DNA from: an uncultured Prevotella sp. | GTDB lineage: Bacteria > Bacteroidota > Bacteroidia > Bacteroidales > Bacteroidaceae | Direction: 5' to 3' | DNA length: 54,229 nt | NCBI GenBank assembly: GCA_964623995.1 | Contig: CAZUWO010000005.1 | Coordinates: 1 to 54,229, forward strand | In this document: piece by piece, positions 38,897 through 46,950 of the stretch | Layout: each line of letters begins with the position of its first letter | Position numbering within the stretch: position 1 is the stretch's first letter | Notes under the pieces: model-generated | Database searches by the model: none | Seen by the model: only the letters and a program-made list of their open reading frames with translations | What the model was told of the DNA's origin: nothing | Position numbers and translations under genes: made by a program

Positions 38897-40768
38897 ATGG
38901 AATTCAAATACGACGTTATCGTGATAGGTGGAGGACATGCTGGCTGTGAGGCCGCAACAGCCTCTGCAAACATTGGAGCTAAGACTTGTCTCATTACGAT
39001 AGACATGAACAAGATTGCCCAAATGAGTTGCAACCCTGCCGTTGGAGGAATTGCAAAAGGTCAAATAGTGCGTGAAATAGACGCTTTGGGCGGTCAAATG
39101 GGCCTTGTTACAGATGCAACAGCTATACAGTTCCGCATGCTAAACCGCTCAAAAGGACCAGCCATGTGGAGTCCAAGAGCCCAATGTGACCGTGGCAAGT
39201 TCATTTGGAAGTGGCGTGAGGTGCTCGACCATACGGAAAATCTTGATATTTTTCAAGATCAAGCAGACGAGTTACTCGTTGAAAACGGGCAAACTGTGGG
39301 CATAAAGACCATTTGGGGCATTACATTCAAAGCCAAATCCGTTATAATTACAGCCGGAACATTCCTAAATGGGCTCATGCATATAGGTCACAACAAAGTT
39401 GAAGGCGGAAGAATTGCCGAGCCGGCAGTACACCATTTCACCGAAAGTATAACACGTTACGGCATTCATTCCGCAAGGATGAAAACAGGAACTCCTGTAA
39501 GAATAGACAAGCGAAGCGTACATTTCGAAGACATGGAAGTACAAAACGGTGAAAGCGGCAATAATCAGTTTTCTTATCTAAAAAATGGTAGGGTTCTTCC
39601 ACAACTACCTTGCTGGACATGCGAGACCAATGAGGAGGTTCACGAAATTCTGAAAAGCAGAATAGCAGACTCACCTTTGTATAATGGACAAATACAAAGC
39701 ACAGGGCCAAGGTATTGCCCTTCCATCGAGACAAAGCTCATAACGTTTCCCGATAAGACGCATCATCCTCTCTTTTTGGAGCCAGAAGGCACCAATACCA
39801 ACGAAATGTATCTTAATGGCTTTTCATCGAGCATGCCATGGGACGTTCAACTTGAAGCAATACATAAAATACCTGCATTGAGAGAAGCAAAAATCTATAG
39901 GCCAGGTTATGCTATTGAATACGATTATTTCGATCCAACACAACTCACACACACGTTAGAATCGAAGAAAATACATGGACTTTTCTTCGCAGGACAAGTA
40001 AATGGAACCACCGGATATGAGGAAGCAGGAGGCCAAGGTACTGTAGCCGGAATTAATGCGGCACTCTATTGTGGAGGCGGAAAGCCGTTTGTTATGAAGC
40101 GAGACGAAAGTTACATTGGCGTTCTCATCGATGATCTGACAACAAAAGGAGTTGATGAACCTTACCGTATGTTCACATCAAGAGCAGAATACAGGATTCT
40201 TTTAAGACAAGATGATGCCGACGCGCGGTTAACAGAAATGAGTTATAACCTCGGACTTGCCACTCGCAGCCGATATGATTGGTGGATTGAGAAGAAGGAG
40301 AATATAGAACGCATCATCAATTATTGCGAAAACACCCTTGTTAAGGCAGCTGACATAAATTCTTTTCTTGAAAACGTTGGCACCGCCCCACTCCATGAAT
40401 CAGTCAGAATAGCTGATTTGATGGCGCGGCCACAAATAAACTTTCAGAATCTTTCAGCAATACTTCCTGACCTTAAAGAGACTATAAACGCCTCACCCAA
40501 CCGTATTGAGGAAATAAATGAGGCCGCCGAAGTTCGCATGAAATATAAAGGATACATAGAAAGGGAGCGAAAATTTGCCGAAAAGATGCGCCGATTGGAA
40601 GACATCAACATAAAAGGTAAATTCAATTATACCGAAATACATGACCTGAGCACAGAATGTCGCCAAAAACTTGAACGCATTCAGCCCGAAACTATAGCTC
40701 AAGCAAGTCGTATTCCAGGCGTATCGCCAAGCGACATCAATGTGCTCTTAGTACTAAGCGGACGATAG
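38897..40768 (+). CDS. mnmG: tRNA uridine-5-carboxymethylaminomethyl(34) synthesis enzyme MnmG (GidA)
   Basis: GGGHAGCEAA, MSCNPAVGG, GPRYCPSIE, GTTGYEEA and EPYRMFTSRAE motifs; TACTTTTG promoter motif at 38864-71. Confidence 0.97.
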   Translation: MEFKYDVIVIGGGHAGCEAATASANIGAKTCLITIDMNKIAQMSCNPAVGGIAKGQIVREIDALGGQMGLVTDATAIQFRMLNRSKGPAMWSPRAQCDRGKFIWKWREVLDHTENLDIFQDQADELLVENGQTVGIKTIWGITFKAKSVIITAGTFLNGLMHIGHNKVEGGRIAEPAVHHFTESITRYGIHSARMKTGTPVRIDKRSVHFEDMEVQNGESGNNQFSYLKNGRVLPQLPCWTCETNEEVHEILKSRIADSPLYNGQIQSTGPRYCPSIETKLITFPDKTHHPLFLEPEGTNTNEMYLNGFSSSMPWDVQLEAIHKIPALREAKIYRPGYAIEYDYFDPTQLTHTLESKKIHGLFFAGQVNGTTGYEEAGGQGTVAGINAALYCGGGKPFVMKRDESYIGVLIDDLTTKGVDEPYRMFTSRAEYRILLRQDDADARLTEMSYNLGLATRSRYDWWIEKKENIERIINYCENTLVKAADINSFLENVGTAPLHESVRIADLMARPQINFQNLSAILPDLKETINASPNRIEEINEAAEVRMKYKGYIERERKFAEKMRRLEDINIKGKFNYTEIHDLSTECRQKLERIQPETIAQASRIPGVSPSDINVLLVLSGR

Positions 40769-40782
40769 TTCCACGTGAAACA
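40767..40782. promoter_or_regulatory. parS site (near-consensus)
   Basis: AGTTCCACGTGAAACA, one mismatch to TGTTNCACGTGAAACA. Confidence 0.8.
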
Positions 40783-40885
40783 ATAAGTGTTATAAAACGT
40801 TGATTATCAAACCAAACATCGTTAAAGTAAAACGTGAAACTATAACACACAACAAAGACAACTAACAAAAATCAAATATCAAACC

Positions 40886-41416
40886 ATGAACAAACAATTA
40901 TTGCTTGACAATCTACGCAGTGTGCAAGACTGGCCCATTAAAGGAGTCAACTTCAGAGATGTAACAACACTCTTCAAAAACGCAGAATGCTTAAAGGAAA
41001 TAACCAATTCTATGTACGACTTGTACAAAGATTGCGGCATAACTAAAATTGTAGGTATCGAATCTCGCGGCTTTGTCATGAGCAGTGCTGTGGCTGTTAA
41101 GCTCAACGCGGGAGTTGTATTGTGCCGTAAACCTGGCAAACTTCCTTGCGATACAGTGCAGCAAAGCTACGCTAAAGAGTACGGAATAGACACCATAGAA
41201 ATACACAAGGACGCTATAACACCCGACGATGTCATCCTTCTTCATGACGATCTGCTTGCCACAGGCGGCACCATGAAAGCAGCATGTGACTTGGTCAAGA
41301 AGTTCCATCCAAAGAAAATTTACTGCAATTTCATCATAGAGCTCACCACAGAGTTCCCCCACAGCAGAGAGTTGTTTGACAAAGACGTTGAAATAACATC
41401 ACTCTTGCAACTCTAA
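40886..41416 (+). CDS. apt: Adenine phosphoribosyltransferase
   Basis: GVNFRDVT, GIESRGF, RKPGKLP and LLHDDLLATGGT PRPP motif. Confidence 0.96.
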   Translation: MNKQLLLDNLRSVQDWPIKGVNFRDVTTLFKNAECLKEITNSMYDLYKDCGITKIVGIESRGFVMSSAVAVKLNAGVVLCRKPGKLPCDTVQQSYAKEYGIDTIEIHKDAITPDDVILLHDDLLATGGTMKAACDLVKKFHPKKIYCNFIIELTTEFPHSRELFDKDVEITSLLQL

Positions 41417-41535
41417 TAATATTCCAACAACACCCCCCAAGAACAAAAAGACAGGTGACCCATACCTCATGCAGAAAAGAGGGATAGGGCCACCTTCTTG
41501 ATTAGGAAGCAGCCTTACATAGCGAGCAAGATATC

Positions 41536-41551
41536 TGTTTCACGTGAAACA
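41536..41551. promoter_or_regulatory. parS site (perfect)
   Basis: TGTTTCACGTGAAACA, a perfect 16-bp ParB-binding palindrome in an intergenic position. Confidence 0.92.
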
Positions 41552-41591
41552 ATATATTAAAACAAGTCTGAAACCCACTAAGTTAGCAAGA

Positions 41592-43472
41592 ATGACAAAA
41601 GAAGAAAATGAACGCAGATTGGCCTATTTGAAGAATATTGTGCTTAACTTGCCACACAAGCCAGGCACATATCAATATTATGATGCGCCAATAAAGGAAG
41701 GCGGAACCATAATATATGTGGGCAAAGCAAAGGACTTGAAGAACCGAGTTTCGAGCTATTTCCACAAAGAAGTGGACAGATTCAAGACCAAAGTACTTGT
41801 AAGCAAGATACAAGACATAAGCTACAGCGTTGTGAACAGCGAAGAAGACGCCCTGTTAATAGAGAATCAGCTCATCAAGCAGTATAAACCACGTTACAAT
41901 GTCTTGCTTAAGGACGGCAAAACCTACCCCAGCATCTGCGTAACCAAGGAGTATTTTCCACGCATTTTCAAGACTCGCAACATCAATAAGCGTTATGGTC
42001 AGTTCTTCGGACCATATCCTCATATAAGCAATATGTATGCCATACTGGACATAATACACAAGCTTTACAAGCCGCGTACATGCCGATTACCACTCACTAA
42101 GGAAGGAATAGCCGCCCATAGATTCTCTCCTTGCCTTGAATACCACATAGGCAACTGCAAGGCACCATGCATAGGCCGTCAGACTTACGAAGATTATCAG
42201 GAGCGAATAGGCATGGCCCGCGAAATACTAAAAGGCAATACGCGCGATGTTGAGAAGCAAATATACGATAAAATGCAGAAAGCCGCCGAAGAATTGCGCT
42301 TCGAGGACGCTGAGGAACTTAAGCAACAATACATCACGCTAACAGATTTTGCAGCCAAGAGTGAGGTTGTCAGTCATACAATTACAGATGTAGACGTGTT
42401 CACTATAATAAATGACGACCAGCGACGCAACGCATATATCAACTACATACACGTAACAAACGGTGCCATTAATCAGAGTTTCACCTACGAATTTAAGCGC
42501 AAACTCGACGAAAGCGATGAGGAATTACTCAACGATGCCATACCAGAAATACGCGAAAGATTCCACAGCAAGGCCAAGGAAATAATTGTTCCCTTCCCTC
42601 TTGACTTCAAAATCAAGGACGCAGAGTTCTTTGTTCCGCAGCGGGGAGACAAACACCACCTGCTAGAACTATCAGAAATGAATGCCAAACAGTACAAGGT
42701 TGACCGGCTGAAACAGAGCGACAAGCTCAATCCAGAGCAGAAATCAACCCGCCTTATGAAGGAATTGCAAGACAAACTCAAGCTACCCAAACTGCCTTAT
42801 ACCATAGAATGTTTCGACAATTCCAACATTTCAGGCTCCGATCCTGTCGCTGGATGCATCGTTTACAAGGGTATGAAACCTTCAAAAAAGGACTATCGAA
42901 CCTACAATATCAAGACAGTCGTGGGCCCCGACGACTATGCTTCCATGCAGGAAGTTGTGCGCCGGCGCTACGGAAGAATGAAAGAAGAAGGTACTCCCTT
43001 ACCAGATCTCATCATTACCGATGGTGGAAAGGGCCAGATGGATTGTGTTCGCGAAGTGGTAGAAGGCGAACTCAGACTCCATATACCCATTGCCGGACTG
43101 GCTAAGGACGACCGCCACCGCACCAACGAACTGCTCTATGGATTTCCTCCCAAAGTAATTGGACTTAAAACCGACAGAGAACTCTTCTTACTCCTTACGC
43201 AAATACAAGACGAAGTGCACCGCTTCGCCATTTCATTTCATCGTAACAAAAGGTCTAAACATCAGTTACACAGCGAATTAGACGATATAAAAGGCATAGG
43301 AAAGACAAGTATCGACGCCCTGCTCAAGCAATTCAAGACCGTGAAAGCCATAAGTGAAGCCAGCGAAGAAGAGCTTTCAGCCGCAGTTGGCAGTAAAAGG
43401 GCAAAACTGCTCTGGTCCCATTTCCATGCGGAAAAGCCAACTGCAAAAACCGAAGAAACTTTGGCCGAATGA
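41592..43472 (+). CDS. uvrC: Excinuclease ABC subunit C
   Basis: GIY-YIG IIYVGKAKDLKNRVSSYF, ECFDNSN, DGGKGQ, QDEVHRFA and HhH motifs; ATG 41592 preferred as start. Confidence 0.96.
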   Translation: MTKEENERRLAYLKNIVLNLPHKPGTYQYYDAPIKEGGTIIYVGKAKDLKNRVSSYFHKEVDRFKTKVLVSKIQDISYSVVNSEEDALLIENQLIKQYKPRYNVLLKDGKTYPSICVTKEYFPRIFKTRNINKRYGQFFGPYPHISNMYAILDIIHKLYKPRTCRLPLTKEGIAAHRFSPCLEYHIGNCKAPCIGRQTYEDYQERIGMAREILKGNTRDVEKQIYDKMQKAAEELRFEDAEELKQQYITLTDFAAKSEVVSHTITDVDVFTIINDDQRRNAYINYIHVTNGAINQSFTYEFKRKLDESDEELLNDAIPEIRERFHSKAKEIIVPFPLDFKIKDAEFFVPQRGDKHHLLELSEMNAKQYKVDRLKQSDKLNPEQKSTRLMKELQDKLKLPKLPYTIECFDNSNISGSDPVAGCIVYKGMKPSKKDYRTYNIKTVVGPDDYASMQEVVRRRYGRMKEEGTPLPDLIITDGGKGQMDCVREVVEGELRLHIPIAGLAKDDRHRTNELLYGFPPKVIGLKTDRELFLLLTQIQDEVHRFAISFHRNKRSKHQLHSELDDIKGIGKTSIDALLKQFKTVKAISEASEEELSAAVGSKRAKLLWSHFHAEKPTAKTEETLAE

Positions 43473-43491
43473 AACAAAACCATTAAATTTG
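43460..43491 (+). promoter_or_regulatory. Internal promoter directly before dtd
   Basis: TTTG (43460-63), 20-nt spacer, TAAATTTG (43484-91); the ATG is only 5 nt further on. Confidence 0.6.
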
Positions 43492-43496
43492 CATTC

Positions 43497-43949
43497 ATGA
43501 GAGCAATAATACAACGTGTAAGCAGGGCTTCGGTTACAATAAATGGTAAAATGAAGTCGTCCATAAGTAAGGGAATGATGATATTAGTGGGCTTTGAAGC
43601 CGCCGATACCACCGAAGACCTGAAGTGGATGGTGCACAAAATCAGCGGGTTAAGGATATTCGACGATGCCAATGGCATTATGAACGTTAACATAAATGAT
43701 GCCGGAGGAGAGATAATGGCAATATCACAGTTCACTCTTTTTGCCAGCTACAAGAAGGGAAACCGCCCATCATGGCTCCGCGCCGCACCCGGACCAATTT
43801 CCAAACCCTTATATGAGCAGTTCTGCCAGTTGCTCTCCGAGACCACCGGAAAGACGGTAGAAACAGGCGAATTCGGTGCCGACATGAAGGTGGAACTCAT
43901 CAACGACGGTCCGGTTACTATAAGTATGGACTCAAAAAATCCCGAATAA
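43497..43949 (+). CDS. dtd: D-aminoacyl-tRNA deacylase
   Basis: MRAIIQRV, SQFTL, GNRPS, FGADM and NDGPVT motifs. Confidence 0.96.
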   Translation: MRAIIQRVSRASVTINGKMKSSISKGMMILVGFEAADTTEDLKWMVHKISGLRIFDDANGIMNVNINDAGGEIMAISQFTLFASYKKGNRPSWLRAAPGPISKPLYEQFCQLLSETTGKTVETGEFGADMKVELINDGPVTISMDSKNPE

Positions 43950-43963
43950 ACAAGCCGAAAGTT

Positions 43964-44323
43964 ATGGAACAGCAAGGCGAAAGCATTGATTTAGGCTGTG
44001 GATTAGGTCAATTGCAAAAGGCAGTAGACCAATGGATTAAGCAGTATGGAGTGCGTTATTTCAGCGAACTCACCAACATGGCCTGCCTAACTGAGGAAGT
44101 TGGCGAGCTGGCAAGAGTGATAGCACGACGCTATGGCGACCAAAGCTTCAAACCTGGAGAACAATCCAACCTCGGCGAAGAGCTTGCCGACGTGCTCTGG
44201 GTGCTGGTTTGCTTGGCCAATCAGACCGGAACCAACCTCACGGAGGAAATGTACAAGAGCTTCACTAAAAAGACTTTACGAGATAAAGACAGACATAAGA
44301 ACAACCAAAAACTCAAAAACTGA
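43964..44323 (+). CDS. MazG-like nucleotide pyrophosphohydrolase
   Basis: YFSELTNMACLTEEVGELAR and EELADVL motifs. Confidence 0.9.
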   Translation: MEQQGESIDLGCGLGQLQKAVDQWIKQYGVRYFSELTNMACLTEEVGELARVIARRYGDQSFKPGEQSNLGEELADVLWVLVCLANQTGTNLTEEMYKSFTKKTLRDKDRHKNNQKLKN

Positions 44324-44332
44324 TAAACAATC

Positions 44333-45268
44333 ATGGGAAAAATCAAGAACATTGTGATGTCCGACATCCAGAAAAACGAGCCGGAAAAAAGCAAATACGA
44401 TCAGGCTTTAGACAAATACAACACCGATGTTGACGAGGCAAATGTGCGCGAAGAGGTAAAGAAAATCATAGCAGAGAAAGTTGCAGAAAACGATACCCTC
44501 GAGGTCAAGAAATTCCTCTTGGGCAGCGTTGAGCTAACTTCGCTCCACACTACCGATACAGAGGAAAGCATACTTGCCCTAACCGAAAAGGTAAACAAGT
44601 TTGCAGCAGACTACCCTACCCTGCCCCATGTGGCCGCAATCTGCGCCTATCCCACCTTCACCGAGCTCATATCGCAGAGCCTTGAGATAGATGGCGTGGA
44701 GATAACCAACGTCTCCGGCAACTTCCCATCATCGCAAGCTCGCATGGAAGTAAAGATAGCAGAAACCTCTCTCGCAATACAAGACGGCGCAACCAACATT
44801 GACATAGTGCTTCCGGTGGGCAAATTCCTCAGCGGAGACTACGAAGGAGTGTGCGATGACATACAGGAGCTGAAGGAAACATGCGGCGAAGTGCCCATGA
44901 AAGTTATCCTCGAAACGTGCGATCTTGGCTCTCTCAGCAACGTGAAGAAGGCTGCCCTGCTCTCGATGTATGCCGGAGCAGACTACATTAAGACCTCAAC
45001 AGGCAAAGAAAAGGCCGGAGCCACCCCCGAAGGCGTCTACATCATGTGCCAGGCCATAAAGGAATACTACGACGAAACGGGCATTCAGATAGGCATTAAG
45101 CCTGCCGGCGGCATTAATACTGTTATGGATGCCACCATTCTTTACACAATAGTAAAGGAGGTTCTCGGCCCTAAGTGGCTCACAAACTACTGGTTCCGCC
45201 TTGGCACAAGCCGTCTTGCCAACCTGCTTCTCAGCGAGATAACAGGTCAGGAGGTGAAATATTTTTAA
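44333..45268 (+). CDS. deoC: Deoxyribose-phosphate aldolase
   Basis: KVILET, GADYIKTSTGK, GIKPAGGI and RLGTS motifs. Confidence 0.94.
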   Translation: MGKIKNIVMSDIQKNEPEKSKYDQALDKYNTDVDEANVREEVKKIIAEKVAENDTLEVKKFLLGSVELTSLHTTDTEESILALTEKVNKFAADYPTLPHVAAICAYPTFTELISQSLEIDGVEITNVSGNFPSSQARMEVKIAETSLAIQDGATNIDIVLPVGKFLSGDYEGVCDDIQELKETCGEVPMKVILETCDLGSLSNVKKAALLSMYAGADYIKTSTGKEKAGATPEGVYIMCQAIKEYYDETGIQIGIKPAGGINTVMDATILYTIVKEVLGPKWLTNYWFRLGTSRLANLLLSEITGQEVKYF

Positions 45269-45295
45269 CTCCATTAAGCCATAGCATCATACAGT

Positions 45296-45335
45296 AAAGT
45301 GCATTTCCTGCAGTAGGAAATGCGCTTTGCTTTTT
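45296..45335 (+). terminator. Terminator after deoC
   Basis: AAAGTGCATTTCCT...AGGAAATGCGCTTT plus T-rich tail. Confidence 0.75.
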
Positions 45336-45406
45336 CTTAAAGCCACAAAAGCGCCCACTAAAAACCATATACGAAGGACCAAAGAATAAAGAAGACAATG
45401 GTTTAT

Positions 45407-45493
45407 CAATTGTTGCGCAAAAGCGCATCAATTGAAGCCCTATCGGACAACAATTGAGAACCAAACGGACATCAATTGAAGTACAATGCACAT
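45407..45493. repeat. Family B palindromic 22-bp tandem array (4 units)
   Basis: CAATTG at 45407, 45429, 45451 and 45473 (22-bp spacing); same consensus as the 15695 array. Confidence 0.9.
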
Positions 45494-45873
45494 CAAGCGC
45501 TATTCGTTGCTTATGTTAACGAAAACATACTGCAATTTTGAATGCTTCGCACCATGAAAACAATGCTACAAATTACGCATAACAGCCGTTCTGCCAGCAA
45601 AAGGAGACTTTATCGCTAAGCAAAGAAATAACGCTCAGAAGGCAATTTAAATGACTTTTTTGGGTAAATAGTCATGCTCTATGCTTGGAACCTGTGCCGT
45701 TATCCTTACAGAAATACTATTTTCAGCCGAAATAAACTCTCATTCCGCTGCCTTGAAATAAAGAAAAAGCTGTGCTTAAAATAAGGTTTTTCAAGCTAAA
45801 ATAAATAACGTCCTTAATTAATAACAATACTTATAGCTGGTAGCGGCTATAAAACAATTCTACCATTATTGTA

Positions 45874-46851
45874 TTATTTATTTCTGTTTATCACGTAGTC
45901 AAGGTAGGCTACAAATGCCTCTCTTATGCTGTCGTCATGCACAGATTTGCTGATATAGTCCATACACTTGGCGCGATAGTCGTTCATCACCTTATCGGCG
46001 TACTCTATTCCGCCGTTCTCCTTGGTAAAACTAACGAGCCTTGCCACCTCTTCATGGCTCACAGAGTGGTCTTTCACCTTGTAGGCCAGTTGCTTCATCT
46101 CCTCGTTTCCGGTGCTGTTAAGAGCGTATAGTACCGGCAACGTCAGCTTTCCTTCGGCCATATCGTTGCCCGTAGGTTTGCCAATGAGGTCAGAATCATA
46201 ATAATCGAATATGTCGTCCTTAATCTGGAATATGATGCCAAGATTACGACCGAAGGTTTTTGCCAGTTCAATCTGCTGCTCAGATGCCCCAGCCGAGGCC
46301 GCTCCTATTGATGTACAGGCCTCAAAAAGCGATGCCGTCTTGTGGCGTATTATATTGAAATACACCTTCTCTGACAAGTCATGGCTGTCCACATTAGACA
46401 GTTGCAGAATCTCACCGTTGGATAAAGTCTGTCCCAACTCAGCCAAATAGCGCACAATACGTTCTGAATGGGTATATGAAACACGCAACAGTGCAGTGGA
46501 AAGTATATAATCACCCACCAGCACGGCAACCTTATTGTCGTATTCTGCATTAACAGAGGCCTGGCCGCGGCGCTCCTTACTCTCGTCAACCACGTCGTCA
46601 TGTACCAGCGAAGCCGTATGGAGCAGCTCCAAACCTACGGCTGCATTCTGCGTAACCTCGCTCACACTGCCATAGTTTTTTGCCGTAAGCAGAATTAGCA
46701 TAGGCCTCATACGCTTGCCCGCCTTGCTGCGTATGTGGGCCAAAGCCTGAGACAGCAGACCGTCGGTATGGGTCAGCGACTTGTTGAAGAGGGCAATAAA
46801 CTCGCCCAATTCTTTTTCTATTGGCTGTTTTATGAGGCTCAGATAATCCAT
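45874..46851 (-). CDS. Polyprenyl diphosphate synthase (IspB-like)
   Basis: GKRMRP, HDDVVD...RRG, FQIKDD and GKPTGND motifs; start MDYLSL at 46851, downstream of TACTTTTG at 46878-46871. Confidence 0.93.
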   Translation of the reverse strand: MDYLSLIKQPIEKELGEFIALFNKSLTHTDGLLSQALAHIRSKAGKRMRPMLILLTAKNYGSVSEVTQNAAVGLELLHTASLVHDDVVDESKERRGQASVNAEYDNKVAVLVGDYILSTALLRVSYTHSERIVRYLAELGQTLSNGEILQLSNVDSHDLSEKVYFNIIRHKTASLFEACTSIGAASAGASEQQIELAKTFGRNLGIIFQIKDDIFDYYDSDLIGKPTGNDMAEGKLTLPVLYALNSTGNEEMKQLAYKVKDHSVSHEEVARLVSFTKENGGIEYADKVMNDYRAKCMDYISKSVHDDSIREAFVAYLDYVINRNK

Positions 46852-46950
46852 TAGCTGATTAAAAACGTTACAAAAGTAAACAAAATATTGGGAAGAAACA
46901 GCCTCTATCATGAATTTTTAGTAATTTTATGCCCAAAAACAACTAATTAG

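Noticed and set aside
41544-41591. GTG start for uvrC given by the ORF track
   Set aside because: The GTG lies inside the parS palindrome; ATG 41592 gives a normal N-terminus.
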